Both the position numbers and the translations under genes were made by a program. Of a stretch of DNA of 64,000 nt, positions 27,899 to 37,808 are shown one piece after another. The notes under the pieces were generated by a model. The model searched no databases, had not been told where the DNA came from, and saw only the letters and a list, made by a program, of their open reading frames with translations. Position 1 is the stretch's first letter. The number at the start of each line of letters is the position of its first letter. This DNA comes from Chloroflexota bacterium (GTDB lineage: Bacteria; Chloroflexota; Anaerolineae; Anaerolineales; Villigracilaceae): the NCBI GenBank assembly GCA_049324135.1, contig JBMOMO010000146.1, forward strand, positions 28,322 to 92,321, written 5' to 3'.

Positions 27899-28002
27899 GT
27901 TGAAGGTTGAATGGTGGTCGAGTAGCGGCTGGTTTTGCCGCGTATCGAGACCAAGATGGCAGGATGGGTTGGTTTCGATACGGTTCGCTACCGACCAACG
28001 GA

Positions 28003-28602
28003 TTACAGGTTTTGTTTGGCCCAGATAAGCCGTTGGAGGACGGTGGCAAAGACCAGGGCGGAGAAAATGCCAAAGAGCGGGGCAAGGTAAGCGGGGAAGA
28101 GCAAGAAGATGCAGAAAGCAGTAATCGATTCGGTGCCGCCAATCAGCCCGGCGGGCATGATGATGCTGGTTTGGGTGGAGGCGTCGCGGGCGGAACGTTT
28201 TTCCAGAAGCGCGGAGAGATACATCCACGAGGCGGCGTTGACGTAGAAGGAGGCCAGCATGGCGGCCAGGGCGATGAAGTTGTTGGTTGTCGGCTGCGAA
28301 AGCGTTAAACCAATCGGCACAGCGGCGTAGACAGCAAAATCGCAGAGGATGTCGAGGTAACCGCCAAAGTCGCTTTGTTTGTTGAAGCGGCGGGCCACCA
28401 GCCCATCGAGACCGTCGATGACCCGGCTGAGGAACCAAACCAACAGCGAGGGCGCCACGCTCCCGATGGCGGCGAGCCAGGCGGCGGTGAGTCCGGTCAG
28501 CAGGCCGAGGAGGGTGAGCAAGGTCGGTGAAACGGAACCGAGCGGGGCAGCGAGCGGTTCGATTAATCGGTCTTTTAAGCGGCGCATGAAGGTATCGAAC
28601 AT
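28003..28602 (-). CDS. CDP-alcohol phosphatidyltransferase family protein
   Basis: 199 aa from the ATG at 28602. Signature DG(x)2AR(x)8G(x)3D(x)3D present as DGLDGLVARRFNKQSDFGGYLDILCD. Polytopic membrane protein. Confidence 0.85.
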   Translation of the reverse strand: MFDTFMRRLKDRLIEPLAAPLGSVSPTLLTLLGLLTGLTAAWLAAIGSVAPSLLVWFLSRVIDGLDGLVARRFNKQSDFGGYLDILCDFAVYAAVPIGLTLSQPTTNNFIALAAMLASFYVNAASWMYLSALLEKRSARDASTQTSIIMPAGLIGGTESITAFCIFLLFPAYLAPLFGIFSALVFATVLQRLIWAKQNL

Positions 28603-28635
28603 GGAGACCCTTTCGTACACGGACTGCCCTTCGGG

Positions 28636-28715
28636 CGCACGGAAGGCACGGATGAACGCAGAGTTTATTAAGAGCATTTTCCGCGTGCTTCCGTCAATTC
28701 CGTGTGTTCCGTGTC
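28636..28715 (-). repeat. CACGGAA-repeat element, copy B
   Basis: Plus strand: CACGGAAGGCACGGA...(loop)...TTCCGCGTGCTTCCGTCAATTCCGTGTGTTCCGTG. It lies between the halogenase-like gene (covering its stop codon) and the CDP-alcohol transferase start. Confidence 0.6.
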
Positions 28716-30424
28716 CTGTTTTGAAGTTGCCAGGCCAGACGAGCCTGGGTTTTACGCTGGCGTTTGATGCCGCCGACCGAGTATTTCCACTCGTCTTGGG
28801 CGGCCAGCAGGAGCAGGTGCAGCATGGATTCGTCGCCAAAGAAATGCTCACGATACGCGCCGCTACCCATGAAACCCACGCGTCGGTCGAGCAGGTTCAG
28901 GCGCAGTTTGTTATCGGGCAGGTGGTTTTTGCCGTGCAGCAGGGCGCGGATGGTGGTGGGCATCCAGGGGAAACCGTCGAACAGGCGGCGGATTTCGGCG
29001 ACAGTGCGGTCGACATCGGCTTCGTTGTCAGGGTCCACGGTGTCCATCAGAGCGTCGATTTGCTCCTGGATTTCGAAGAACTTGTCGAAGCCGCCGCCCG
29101 CCAGTTTGTGGGGCATCATCAGTTCGAGATACCTGGCGCGGTCGCCGGCGGCGCGAAAGCGGTTCATCACCAGACGCAGGTATTCGAGATACGCGCCTTG
29201 CAGCCAGACCACCGAGTAGACCTGCCAGAGTTTGTAGTTGTGCCAGGATTTGAACGAACTGGCCACCAGTCGGTCGTGCATGTTGATGTAGTTGAGCGTC
29301 ATGGTTTCGAGCGGGGCAAAGGCGGCTGCGGAGTAATCGCCGGTTCGCTTGGCTTTGAGCAGCAGGTCGGCCACCAGGAAGATGCTGGCGTGGGTGACAT
29401 AAAGGCCTTTCGAGTAGAGCGGGTCGATGAACCCGGCGGCATGCGCCAGCAGGGCGTAGCGGTCGGCAACGATGTGGTGGGCGGAGTATTGCAGGCGGTC
29501 AATGCGCATGAAATCGCGCACGGGTTTGGCATGTTCGAGTTGGGCGGCCAGGTCGGGGAAGCGCTGGATGAAGTCGCGGAATTCCTGTTCGGGGCTCAGG
29601 TCATCGCGCTGGGGATACAGGCGCGGGTCGAGTTGCAGTCCGACGCTGCACAGCGGATTGGTCGAAGCCGGATGATTATTGAAGGGGATCACCCACAGCC
29701 AGCCGCCCTTGAAAATGTGATGGAGCGTGCCTTCGGAGAGCCGGTAGGGGTGGTGGAATTGCTCGCGGCTGGGGCCGACTTCGTTGAAACACGGCACGTC
29801 GATCATGTGGGTGAAGATGGTGCGCGAGTGCGTGATGCAATCGCGGTGCCGCCAGTTTTGCTTCTGGGCCAGGATGGACTTCATCCCGCCCGCATCAATG
29901 ACGTATTCGGCGTGATAGATGGCATCTTTGGCGGTGATGATTTCCACCCCATCGGCGCTGACGTTGATATCCTTGATAAAGGTGTTTTGCAAAACAGTTG
30001 CGCCGTAGGAAGTTGCCACCGATGTCAGGAAATAATCCGAATCCTGGCGATTGATGTGGATTTCGTGTCCGTAGGGCAGGCGCGGGATGACGGCTTGCAG
30101 GCTTTTTTCGGGTTCGACGTGTGTTTCGGCTTCATGGTAGACAAACCCGAAGTGGCGTTTGACCCCGTGCTGGCTGCCGATGACCGGATAGTAGTTTTTG
30201 GAGGAGTAATAGGCCAGTTCGGGCACATCGTAAAACTCGGCCAGGGCGCGCATGGCTTCGGAGGTTTCGAGAATCATCGATTCGCCGATGGTGAAGCGCG
30301 GGTGTTGTCCGCCTTCAAAGACGATGACTGAGAGTCCCTGGCGGGCCAGGATGCTGGCCAGGGTCGAGCCGCCGATGCCGGAACCGATGATGGCGACGTC
30401 GAAAGTTTCTTTATGGTCCAACAC
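28694..30424 (-). CDS. FAD-dependent oxidoreductase with flavin-dependent halogenase signatures
   Basis: 576 aa. N-terminal GxGxxG (IIGSGIGGS), WxWxIP motif (GGWLWVIPF) and Fx.Px.Sx.G motif (FIDPLYSKG). Confidence 0.75.
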   Translation of the reverse strand: MLDHKETFDVAIIGSGIGGSTLASILARQGLSVIVFEGGQHPRFTIGESMILETSEAMRALAEFYDVPELAYYSSKNYYPVIGSQHGVKRHFGFVYHEAETHVEPEKSLQAVIPRLPYGHEIHINRQDSDYFLTSVATSYGATVLQNTFIKDINVSADGVEIITAKDAIYHAEYVIDAGGMKSILAQKQNWRHRDCITHSRTIFTHMIDVPCFNEVGPSREQFHHPYRLSEGTLHHIFKGGWLWVIPFNNHPASTNPLCSVGLQLDPRLYPQRDDLSPEQEFRDFIQRFPDLAAQLEHAKPVRDFMRIDRLQYSAHHIVADRYALLAHAAGFIDPLYSKGLYVTHASIFLVADLLLKAKRTGDYSAAAFAPLETMTLNYINMHDRLVASSFKSWHNYKLWQVYSVVWLQGAYLEYLRLVMNRFRAAGDRARYLELMMPHKLAGGGFDKFFEIQEQIDALMDTVDPDNEADVDRTVAEIRRLFDGFPWMPTTIRALLHGKNHLPDNKLRLNLLDRRVGFMGSGAYREHFFGDESMLHLLLLAAQDEWKYSVGGIKRQRKTQARLAWQLQNRTRNTRN

Positions 30425-30458
30425 TAAATCTCCTCTTCAAGAATGGTTACGAATCGTT

Positions 30459-31910
30459 CTAATCAACGCAGCCGAATCTCCACGTATGTCCAGCGCGCGT
30501 CAGAAGTTCGTTTGCTTCAAGGGGGCCCCAACTTCCTTGAGAATAGGAAGCCAGTGGCGGGTAATTATTCTCTGTCCAACCTTCGATTATTGGATCAATG
30601 ATTTCCCACGAGGCCTCGATCCCGTCAGAGCGCGTAAAGAGTGATGCGTCTCCATCCAACGCCTCAAGCAAGAGACGTTCATAGGCTTCTGGAAGAACTG
30701 TACCGTTGAAAGACGAGCGATAATGGAAATCCATATCTACCGAGCGCATATCCTGGTCTGAATCGGGGACTTTGGCTTCAAAGCGCAGGTGAATACCTTC
30801 ATCAGGTTGGATGCAGAGCGAGAGAATGTTAGGTGTGAAGTCGCTGCCTTCAGGCAAGTGGAACATCATGTGCGGCGGGCGTTGGAATTCAATGATGATC
30901 TCAGAAGTTTTCCGCTTGAGCGACTTGCCGGAACGCAGGTAGAACGGTACGTCCCGCCAGCGCCAGTTATCCACAAATAGTTTAAATGCAGCATATGTTG
31001 GCGTTTGTGAATTTTTTGCTACGCCTTCTGCTTCTTGGTACCCACTGTACTGCGCTCGGACAGTGTCATCAAGCGCAATCGGGCGAATGCTTTGGAAGAC
31101 CTTGACCTTTTCATTTCGAATGGCTTCCGCATTGAAGGAGGCGGGAGGTTCCATTGCCACCAGGGATAACAATTGGAAAAGATGGTTTTGGAACATGTCA
31201 CGCACTACCCCGGCGGCGTCATAATAACCCGCGCGGTTGCCCACATCTACGCTCTCGGCAACGGTAATCTGTACATTGCTTACATAGCGGCGATTCCAAA
31301 CCGGTTCAAAGATCGTGTTGGCAAAACGGAAAAACAGGATATTTTGCGAGGTTTCTTTTCCAAGGTAATGATCGATGCGATAAACTTGGCGTTCTTCAAA
31401 AGCGGTGTGGATTGCGCGATTGAGTTCCCGGGCAGTGGACAGATCGCGCCCAAAAGGTTTTTCGATAATAATGCGCCTCCACACCCCATGGTCCTCGTCA
31501 TCCCGTGAGATGCCTGCTGCGCCAATATAGCCCGCAATCGGTGCGTAATATTCGGGGGCAGTAGCGAGGTAATACAAGCGATTTGCAGGTACGCCCTCCA
31601 AAGTGAGTAGGAATTGATCCAACCTGATAAAAGCATTGGCATCATCGAACGCGCCGTTGAAATAGTGGATTTTTTCTGCAAATTGCTTCCATGCCTCAAG
31701 GGTAAATGTCTCTGGGCTGAACTGGGCAACCCCCTCTCGTAAATGAGAGCGGAATTCTGATGTTCCGAAGTCTCGGCGGGCAAAGCCAACGATGCTTGCG
31801 CACTTCGAAAGCCTTCCCTTTTTGAAATTGTTGTAGAGCGCCGGGATGAGCTTGCGCCAGGTCAGGTCGCCGGAAGCGCCAAAAATAACAATGCTGGTCG
31901 ATTCGTCCAT
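30459..31910 (-). CDS. zwf: Glucose-6-phosphate 1-dehydrogenase
   Basis: 483 aa. NADP site [13 protein letters not shown] and active-site motif RIDHYLGKE. Confidence 0.95.
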   Translation of the reverse strand: MDESTSIVIFGASGDLTWRKLIPALYNNFKKGRLSKCASIVGFARRDFGTSEFRSHLREGVAQFSPETFTLEAWKQFAEKIHYFNGAFDDANAFIRLDQFLLTLEGVPANRLYYLATAPEYYAPIAGYIGAAGISRDDEDHGVWRRIIIEKPFGRDLSTARELNRAIHTAFEERQVYRIDHYLGKETSQNILFFRFANTIFEPVWNRRYVSNVQITVAESVDVGNRAGYYDAAGVVRDMFQNHLFQLLSLVAMEPPASFNAEAIRNEKVKVFQSIRPIALDDTVRAQYSGYQEAEGVAKNSQTPTYAAFKLFVDNWRWRDVPFYLRSGKSLKRKTSEIIIEFQRPPHMMFHLPEGSDFTPNILSLCIQPDEGIHLRFEAKVPDSDQDMRSVDMDFHYRSSFNGTVLPEAYERLLLEALDGDASLFTRSDGIEASWEIIDPIIEGWTENNYPPLASYSQGSWGPLEANELLTRAGHTWRFGCVD

Positions 31911-31913
31911 GCT

Positions 31914-32825
31914 TCATCCCGCCTTTTTCACGGCATGGCCGCCGAACTGGTTACGCATAGCAGCCAGTAATTTTGCCGCGTAACTTTCTTCCTGGCGGCT
32001 GGTAAAGCGCTGCTGTAGTGAAAGTGTAATCACCGGGGCAGGCACGTCCAGGTCAATCGCCTCAAAAACTGTCCAGCGGCCTTCTCCGCTATCGGAAACA
32101 TAGCCAGCGATTTCGCCCAGTTCCTGGTCCCCTTTGAGCGCATCAGCAGTCAAGTCCAACAGCCAGGAGCGTACCACGCTGCCGACACGCCAGATTTCAG
32201 CCACTTGGTGCAGGTCGAGATCAAAATCCGTTTTAGCGTGCATGATCTCGAAACCCTCAGCATAGGCTTGCATCAGCCCATATTCGATGCCATTATGGAC
32301 CATCTTGACGAAGTGCCCCGCGCCCACGCCGCCGACGCGGCCCCAGCCTCGGTCCACTGCAGGAGCGAGCGTTTCAAAAATCGGACTTAGCCTTGAAACT
32401 GCCTCCGTTTCCCCGCCGGCCATCAGGCTGTAGCCTTCTTTCAGGCCCCAAACCCCGCCGCTGGTTCCGACATCCACATAATGAACGCCTTTTTCTTTGA
32501 GCGCGGCGGCGCGACGAATATCGTCCTTGTAGAACGTGTTGCCCCCATCAACGACAATATCACCGGGAGAGAGTAACTCTCCCAATTCCGTGATCACGGT
32601 TTCAGTAGGTGAGCCGGCTGGAACCATGACCCAAACCGTGCGCGGCGCATCCAGAGATATAACCAATTCTTGTATCGTCGCGGCGGGAGTAATTCCTATT
32701 TCATCTGCCAGTTGGTTAACTGTGCTTATGGAGCGGTCCATGCCCACTACACGATGGCCGCCATTAACCAACCTGCGCGCCATATTCGCGCCCATTTTTC
32801 CTAAACCAACGATTGCTATATCCAT
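31914..32825 (-). CDS. gnd: 6-phosphogluconate dehydrogenase (decarboxylating, short ~300-aa form)
   Basis: ATG at 32825 after GGAGAAAC. IAIVGLGKMGANMARRL. 303 aa. The stop lies 3 nt before the zwf start. Confidence 0.9.
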   Translation of the reverse strand: MDIAIVGLGKMGANMARRLVNGGHRVVGMDRSISTVNQLADEIGITPAATIQELVISLDAPRTVWVMVPAGSPTETVITELGELLSPGDIVVDGGNTFYKDDIRRAAALKEKGVHYVDVGTSGGVWGLKEGYSLMAGGETEAVSRLSPIFETLAPAVDRGWGRVGGVGAGHFVKMVHNGIEYGLMQAYAEGFEIMHAKTDFDLDLHQVAEIWRVGSVVRSWLLDLTADALKGDQELGEIAGYVSDSGEGRWTVFEAIDLDVPAPVITLSLQQRFTSRQEESYAAKLLAAMRNQFGGHAVKKAG

Positions 32826-32910
32826 GGAATTGTTTCTCCTTGCAAATGTGTTCTTATTCTGCACTGACTGTTGCCCGTAGTATAAGTTTTTCAAGTCCTA
32901 AGACTCCATT

Positions 32911-32939
32911 ACAGTATTGCTCTGTGAAAACTATGCCAA
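32911..32939 (-). promoter_or_regulatory. Sigma-70-like promoter inside the 82-nt module, copy 2 (TTGGCA-17-TACTGT)
   Basis: Same position within the module as in copy 1. It lies 86 nt upstream of the gnd ATG. Confidence 0.4.
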
Positions 32940-32995
32940 CCGCGAAGATTTTGTATGATGTTCATCATTTGGTTGCGGAATGAATTCCGCGCTAC
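32914..32995 (-). repeat. 82-nt repeated upstream module, copy 2
   Basis: Its reverse complement is 75/82 identical to 16258..16339. It is oriented with the downstream gnd-zwf operon. Confidence 0.85.
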
Positions 32996-33068
32996 GTATG
33001 AGATGGTCATCATGCGCATTTAATTACCCCTTGCGAATTCCCTGAAATACCAGGGTAAAGTGCAACCT

Positions 33069-35093
33069 TTATTCTTCAGGCTGCGAATCGAGACGCGCTT
33101 GGGCTTGCATCCAGGTCTGTACCGCGGCAACGTAAACAGCGTGACTCCAGGTGAGCGGGCTGACGGATAAGGGAGCGTTGGTATAGGGATTGACCTGTTC
33201 AGCCAACACACCGCTGGGGAGGGCGCGGGCAGCCACCCATTCAAGCAGTTCTTGCGAGCGTTCCAAATCCTTTGAATTTTTGGCAATGACGGCGTACCAT
33301 TCTGCCAACCATAAGGTGGTGATGAACCAGGGATTCCCAGGTACATTTTCAACATCCTGGCTGATCTGGTGATAGTTGTCATTTTCGTAGCGGGCAACGC
33401 CGCCTACTTCCGTTTTGACCCACAACCGCTCACGGATGGCGTTCATAGTAGCGACAATTTTGGGATCATCTGGAGCGTACATACCAAACTGCCACAACCC
33501 CGTGAGGGATGCGTCAATGGCGGAATCCATTTTCCAATCTCCAGAAGGGGTGAGATTGATCATGCGGGCAAACCGCGCCTGGTCTGGCAGCCAAAGGTAT
33601 TTATCCACCCCGGCTTTAATCTCACCTGCAACCTGGCGGTACTTTACTGCCCGTTCGTTTTCTCCGAATGCATCTGCAAAATTGGCGCCCGCTTGTAAGC
33701 CGCCCCAGACGGCTGCAACCGTCCACCCCGGAATGCCATATTGCTCTTCCCAAAGGTCGTAACTGGGGAGAGGCAAGCCTGTTTCCAGGTTGCGGTAGTC
33801 CACCAGAAAATCAGCCATTGGGCAAACGAGAGAGCGGTAAAGAGGTTTGATAAAGTACACGTCGCCAAAACGCTCGAAATGTTCCCACAAAGCCCACAAG
33901 ACCAGCGCGGTCTCATCTTCCTGGATGGGCAAGGTTTTCCTGCCGTTGCGCCGCCAGGGGTGCCAGGAGGAAGCCAGGGAGCCATCCGGGTTGTACTTGT
34001 GCAGCAGGTAGCCCTGGCGGGTGAGGGCGCGCTGGCAAAACTCGAAGAAGGCGCGTGGCAGGTCAAGATAACCGGCGCGGTTGAGCGCATTGGCGACCAG
34101 CGCTCCATCGCGCGGCCACATGTAACTGTAGGTGTCTCGAACCGCGGAGGAGATGTCGGAATCGTTGGCAGCCAGGATCGCGCCGCCGTTGTCGATCTGG
34201 GTGCGAATGACCAGTAGGCTGCGCTCGTACTCACGGGCAACAGCGTCTGGCAGGCTGGTCAGGTCGGGCAGGTGACTTTTCAGCCAGAGTTTCCAGAAAG
34301 CAGCCGTACGGTTCAAATAGGCATCCGGACCGCGTTTTCGGACAGCGCGGTTGATGGCTGTAACTCCTTCAAAGTCCCCGGCTGTTGCCATCCAGTACCA
34401 GATTTTTCTGGTTTGCCCACCGGAGATATGAATGGTGAAGCCAGCCGTTGAATCAACCGAACCATGAGCCACATCACTGCCGGATAAGTGTCCATCTTCG
34501 GCGTCGCGCCAGGTGCCTTCCAGGTTGTGGATTTCTTTCAGCCCGCATGCCCATTGATGGATGCCAGCCACAAGTCCATCTTTTGTGCTCCCATCTGCCT
34601 CAAAAAGCGCCTGACCTGCTTCCACGGCTCCATTAATCAAAAACCAGTGTAATCCTTTGTAGTGAATGAGAGCGCGCCGTTCTGGTTCGTAGTAGGCAGT
34701 ATCACCGACTTCGCTCTGGCTAATGTGAAAGTCATGGTGGAAGAACAGGCGCACTTCACGTTTGTGGCCCGAAGGGATGCGAATATCAAAGCGACGCAGC
34801 AGCAGGTTTTCATGAAAATCCACTGCTTCTGTAAGGTGAAGTTCGACATCCAAATTGGGATGGAAGAGGCGCACATCCGAAACCAGGGTTTCGGGCTGGT
34901 AACGCACATCGCGTTCCCAGCGGCTATCGTCCAGCCAGCGGAACTGTCCGCTGACCCATACGCCGGTGCGGAACGGATGTCCGAGTGCATGGTTTTCCTG
35001 GCCTACGTGTGGATAGTACAAATCGCGGATCTGGTGGATCTGGTCGAAGGCGACCAACAGCTTTCCGTTTCCAAGTGGTAAATTTCTAGGCAT
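33069..35093 (-). CDS. Glycoside hydrolase family 15 (glucoamylase/trehalase-like)
   Basis: 674 aa. N-terminus MPRNLPLGNGKLLVAFD...IRDLYYPHVG, and catalytic-domain motifs ...YSYMWPRDGA... and ...DLWEEQ... Confidence 0.85.
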   Translation of the reverse strand: MPRNLPLGNGKLLVAFDQIHQIRDLYYPHVGQENHALGHPFRTGVWVSGQFRWLDDSRWERDVRYQPETLVSDVRLFHPNLDVELHLTEAVDFHENLLLRRFDIRIPSGHKREVRLFFHHDFHISQSEVGDTAYYEPERRALIHYKGLHWFLINGAVEAGQALFEADGSTKDGLVAGIHQWACGLKEIHNLEGTWRDAEDGHLSGSDVAHGSVDSTAGFTIHISGGQTRKIWYWMATAGDFEGVTAINRAVRKRGPDAYLNRTAAFWKLWLKSHLPDLTSLPDAVAREYERSLLVIRTQIDNGGAILAANDSDISSAVRDTYSYMWPRDGALVANALNRAGYLDLPRAFFEFCQRALTRQGYLLHKYNPDGSLASSWHPWRRNGRKTLPIQEDETALVLWALWEHFERFGDVYFIKPLYRSLVCPMADFLVDYRNLETGLPLPSYDLWEEQYGIPGWTVAAVWGGLQAGANFADAFGENERAVKYRQVAGEIKAGVDKYLWLPDQARFARMINLTPSGDWKMDSAIDASLTGLWQFGMYAPDDPKIVATMNAIRERLWVKTEVGGVARYENDNYHQISQDVENVPGNPWFITTLWLAEWYAVIAKNSKDLERSQELLEWVAARALPSGVLAEQVNPYTNAPLSVSPLTWSHAVYVAAVQTWMQAQARLDSQPEE

Positions 35094-35111
35094 GAATGCT
35101 CCTCATAAAAT

Positions 35112-35828
35112 TCAGGATAGTTTTACGATCGTGTCTGTGCCAAATGGGGGTGTCACCTGCAGGTCCAACGATGGCGCCGCATACAATTCAGGCGGAACAC
35201 TGATGTCGGCCAGGTAAAGCTCTCCCACAAAAGGTTTGGCGTGCAGGGTAAGCAAGCCGGTTTTGGGCAAGGCCAGTGTCAAGGTGGCGGCAGCCCGAAT
35301 GCCGGAGGGCGCGGGTGTTCCGGTGGTGGTATCCAGCCCGGAGGGCGCATCCAGCGCCAGAATGGGTTTGCCGCTGGCATTGGCGTTTGAGATCCAATCT
35401 GCAACCGGTGGCCGAGGGACGCCAGTCAGGCCATAGCCGATCAGCGCGTCGAGGATCAAGTCGGCGGTCTCAAGGTCCGGATTGGAGGCAGGCAGTTCCA
35501 TTTTTCGCAAGATGCGCCACTGTTGGGTGGGAATCTCCTTGAGACGATCTTCCGCACCAACCAGGACCACTTCAACCTGCGCGCCCCAATTGTGCAGATG
35601 CCGGGCGGCGACCATGCCTCCGCCCCCGTTGTTCCCTGTTCCACATAGCACGACCACGCGCTTGCCTTCCGCCGTTCCGCCCAAACGCCGCTTTGCCAGT
35701 TCAGCCAGGTTGCGGCCAGCATTTTCCATCATTTGGATCAGGCTGATGCCCCATTCTGCCACCATCAAGCGATCCACTTCGATCATCTGGGAGGTTGTCA
35801 GGGCAGGCAAATCTGGTAAAGAGTTCAT
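35112..35828 (-). CDS. nnrE: NAD(P)H-hydrate epimerase (YjeF N-terminal domain)
   Basis: 238 aa with ...VVVLCGTGNNGGGGMVAARHL...DALIGYGL... Confidence 0.8.
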   Translation of the reverse strand: MNSLPDLPALTTSQMIEVDRLMVAEWGISLIQMMENAGRNLAELAKRRLGGTAEGKRVVVLCGTGNNGGGGMVAARHLHNWGAQVEVVLVGAEDRLKEIPTQQWRILRKMELPASNPDLETADLILDALIGYGLTGVPRPPVADWISNANASGKPILALDAPSGLDTTTGTPAPSGIRAAATLTLALPKTGLLTLHAKPFVGELYLADISVPPELYAAPSLDLQVTPPFGTDTIVKLS

Positions 35829-35880
35829 AAGGTTTCCTTGTGCTTTTTGTAGCAGTATGAGGGTATTCTGTAATTGTTTC

Positions 35881-36651
35881 TTACCAACATCCAGTGGTCT
35901 TTGGTGACTTTTGTTTTCTGAATTCAGGCGAAATACTTTCGCTCCGCAAATGTCTGCTTTCCCGGTGTTTCACAACACGGTATAGCCCTATGCTGAATAC
36001 GAACATCACGGCTGCGCCAATCAGCATCAGAGGATCAAGGCCAACAATCTCATGGGTGAAATCACCCTCCAGGGATGCACCGAGCAGCCCAAAGGAAATG
36101 GTGCCCGGAACGCTGCCCAGGATGGTTGCCAGGAGAAACTGACGCCAGTCGATGCGCAAGAAACCTGAAAAATAACTCACCAGGTCATATGGCAAAAAGA
36201 GAAAACGTAGGACCAGCGTAGTTTCAAATCCATTTGCATAAAGCCTCTCTGAATATTTGCCCACCATCGAAAACTTTGTCATGGAAGACAGGAAACTGCT
36301 CCCAAAGAAACGCCCGATCAGGTATGCCATGAGCGATGACAGGTTGCTGGCAATCAGAGCATAGACGATGCCCCAGAAAGGCCCATACAAAAAGCCGGCG
36401 GCCATTGTGACCAGGGTGGCCGGAAAGAAAACAACCGGACGCAGCATATAGATCGCTATATAAATTGGGAGCGCAAGGGAGCTGATGGACAGATAGGAGA
36501 TCAGGTCGCGTGTCGTCTCAATAGGGGAAAGAGCGTTTGCCTTGCTATACCACCAGTATCCGGCAATTATGATGACCCAACCTGCTAAAGCGATCACTTT
36601 GGAACGATTGGAGATTGACAGGTTTTGGGAAGTTAAACCGGATTTGCGCAT
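35881..36651 (-). CDS. TVP38/TMEM64-family (VTT domain) membrane protein
   Basis: 256 aa from the ATG at 36651 (alternative start at 36687). A paralog of 20918..21637: ...RPVVFFPATLVTMAAGFLYGP...LRFLFLPYDLVSYFSGF... Confidence 0.8.
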   Translation of the reverse strand: MRKSGLTSQNLSISNRSKVIALAGWVIIIAGYWWYSKANALSPIETTRDLISYLSISSLALPIYIAIYMLRPVVFFPATLVTMAAGFLYGPFWGIVYALIASNLSSLMAYLIGRFFGSSFLSSMTKFSMVGKYSERLYANGFETTLVLRFLFLPYDLVSYFSGFLRIDWRQFLLATILGSVPGTISFGLLGASLEGDFTHEIVGLDPLMLIGAAVMFVFSIGLYRVVKHRESRHLRSESISPEFRKQKSPKTTGCW

Positions 36652-36715
36652 GATGACCTTGCAAGAAAGAAGGACACCCTCGTTCACTTCTTACCACTTT
36701 GTGTTTCATATCGGC

Positions 36716-36721
36716 TATAAT
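36716..36721 (+). promoter_or_regulatory. TATAAT box 6 nt upstream of the sigma-factor ATG (possible leaderless transcript)
   Basis: TATAAT-ttgctc-ATG. No Shine-Dalgarno sequence is visible and the -35 is weak. Confidence 0.3.
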
Positions 36722-36727
36722 TTGCTC

Positions 36728-37363
36728 ATGCAGCGTGATAATCAATCCTGGCTGATGGATTTGCATTCGGGAGGCGAACAACGTAACAACGCCCTGAACG
36801 ATCTGCGTGACATCTTGTTGCGCGTTCTCCCCAACGCTCTTTCCCAAAATTCTTCACTAAAAGACGGGCATCTTGACGCTTTCCTGGATGATGTGGTGCA
36901 GGAGACACTCTTGCGCGTGATTGACAGGTTGGATACCTTTGAAGGCCGTAGTCAGTTCACAACCTGGGTTTACAAAATTGCAATCCGGATTGCTTTGGGC
37001 GAATTGCGCTTGCGAAAATGGAAGGAAGTCTCCTTGGATGGGTTGGAAGAAGGAAGCGAACCAGACCAGATGCCATCCGAGAGATTCGCATCTTCTGACC
37101 CGGATCCAGAAGCAGTCTTTGAGCAAAAGGATGCGATGGAAATGGTCAGGAAAATACTTATGGAAGAGTTGACACAGCGACAACGGGCGATCATGTTGGC
37201 TATCAACGTGCAAGGTGTACCGTTGGACGTCGTTGCACAGCGAATGGGTACCAACCGTAACGCGCTTTACAAGATGATGCACGATGCGCGTTTGAAACTG
37301 AAACGTCGTCTCGAACGGGAGGGGTTGTCTCCCGAAGAATTGCTCAAGATGTTTGGTAATTAA
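36728..37363 (+). CDS. ECF-type sigma-70 family RNA polymerase sigma factor
   Basis: 211 aa from the ATG at 36728. Region 2: FTTWVYKIAIRIALGELR. Region 4 HTH: LTQRQRAIMLAINVQGVPLDVVAQRMGTNRNALYKMMHDARLKLK. The upstream part of the tracked ORF overlaps the divergent TVP38 gene. Confidence 0.85.
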   Translation: MQRDNQSWLMDLHSGGEQRNNALNDLRDILLRVLPNALSQNSSLKDGHLDAFLDDVVQETLLRVIDRLDTFEGRSQFTTWVYKIAIRIALGELRLRKWKEVSLDGLEEGSEPDQMPSERFASSDPDPEAVFEQKDAMEMVRKILMEELTQRQRAIMLAINVQGVPLDVVAQRMGTNRNALYKMMHDARLKLKRRLEREGLSPEELLKMFGN

Positions 37364-37369
37364 GTCGCC

Positions 37370-37678
37370 ATGATGAAAGTCACTTTTATGATGAAAAGAA
37401 TCTTTGATTGGTTTGGTAAGAGGGGATCTCCAACGATGAATTCGGGTCTAATGATGGAGAACTTGCTTCATAGGCTTGCCATTACTGAGGAGCAAGAAAT
37501 TTCCTGTGACGATGTACACGATCTGTTGGATCAATTTTCTGAATTGAAACTGCAAGGAGAAGATGTGGCCCAATTAATGCCACTCGTACATAAGCATCTG
37601 GAATTGTGTCCTGATTGCAAGGAGGAGCATCAAGCCCTGTTGCGGGCGTTGGAATTTGAGAAGCATATGGATGATTAA
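37370..37678 (+). CDS. Putative zinc-finger (HxxxCxxC) anti-sigma factor, soluble
   Basis: 102 aa, 6 nt after the sigma gene. Has an HKHLELCPDC motif and no TM segment. Confidence 0.55.
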   Translation: MMKVTFMMKRIFDWFGKRGSPTMNSGLMMENLLHRLAITEEQEISCDDVHDLLDQFSELKLQGEDVAQLMPLVHKHLELCPDCKEEHQALLRALEFEKHMDD

Positions 37679-37680
37679 TA

Positions 37681-37716
37681 ACAGGCTGGCGATTTATCGC
37701 CAGCCTGTTGCTTTCA
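37681..37716 (+). terminator. Intrinsic terminator after the sigma/anti-sigma pair
   Basis: AACAGGCTGGCGA-ttta-TCGCCAGCCTGTT forms a 13-bp perfect stem, followed by GCTTTC. Confidence 0.6.
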
Positions 37717-37808
37717 GGGTGAACTTGGTAAGAAGGCTTGCAGGGTTGCCATCCCATCCAGTGAAAGGCATAAGACTTAATTCTTTTCACAAGAAAGTGA
37801 GGTAAGTA

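Noticed and set aside
28379-30331. 650-aa plus-strand ORF
   Set aside because: It is a shadow ORF antisense to the halogenase-like and CDP-alcohol transferase genes. Its composition is low-complexity (G/V/H/A/D-rich) and it has no motifs. It is explained by GC3 bias.
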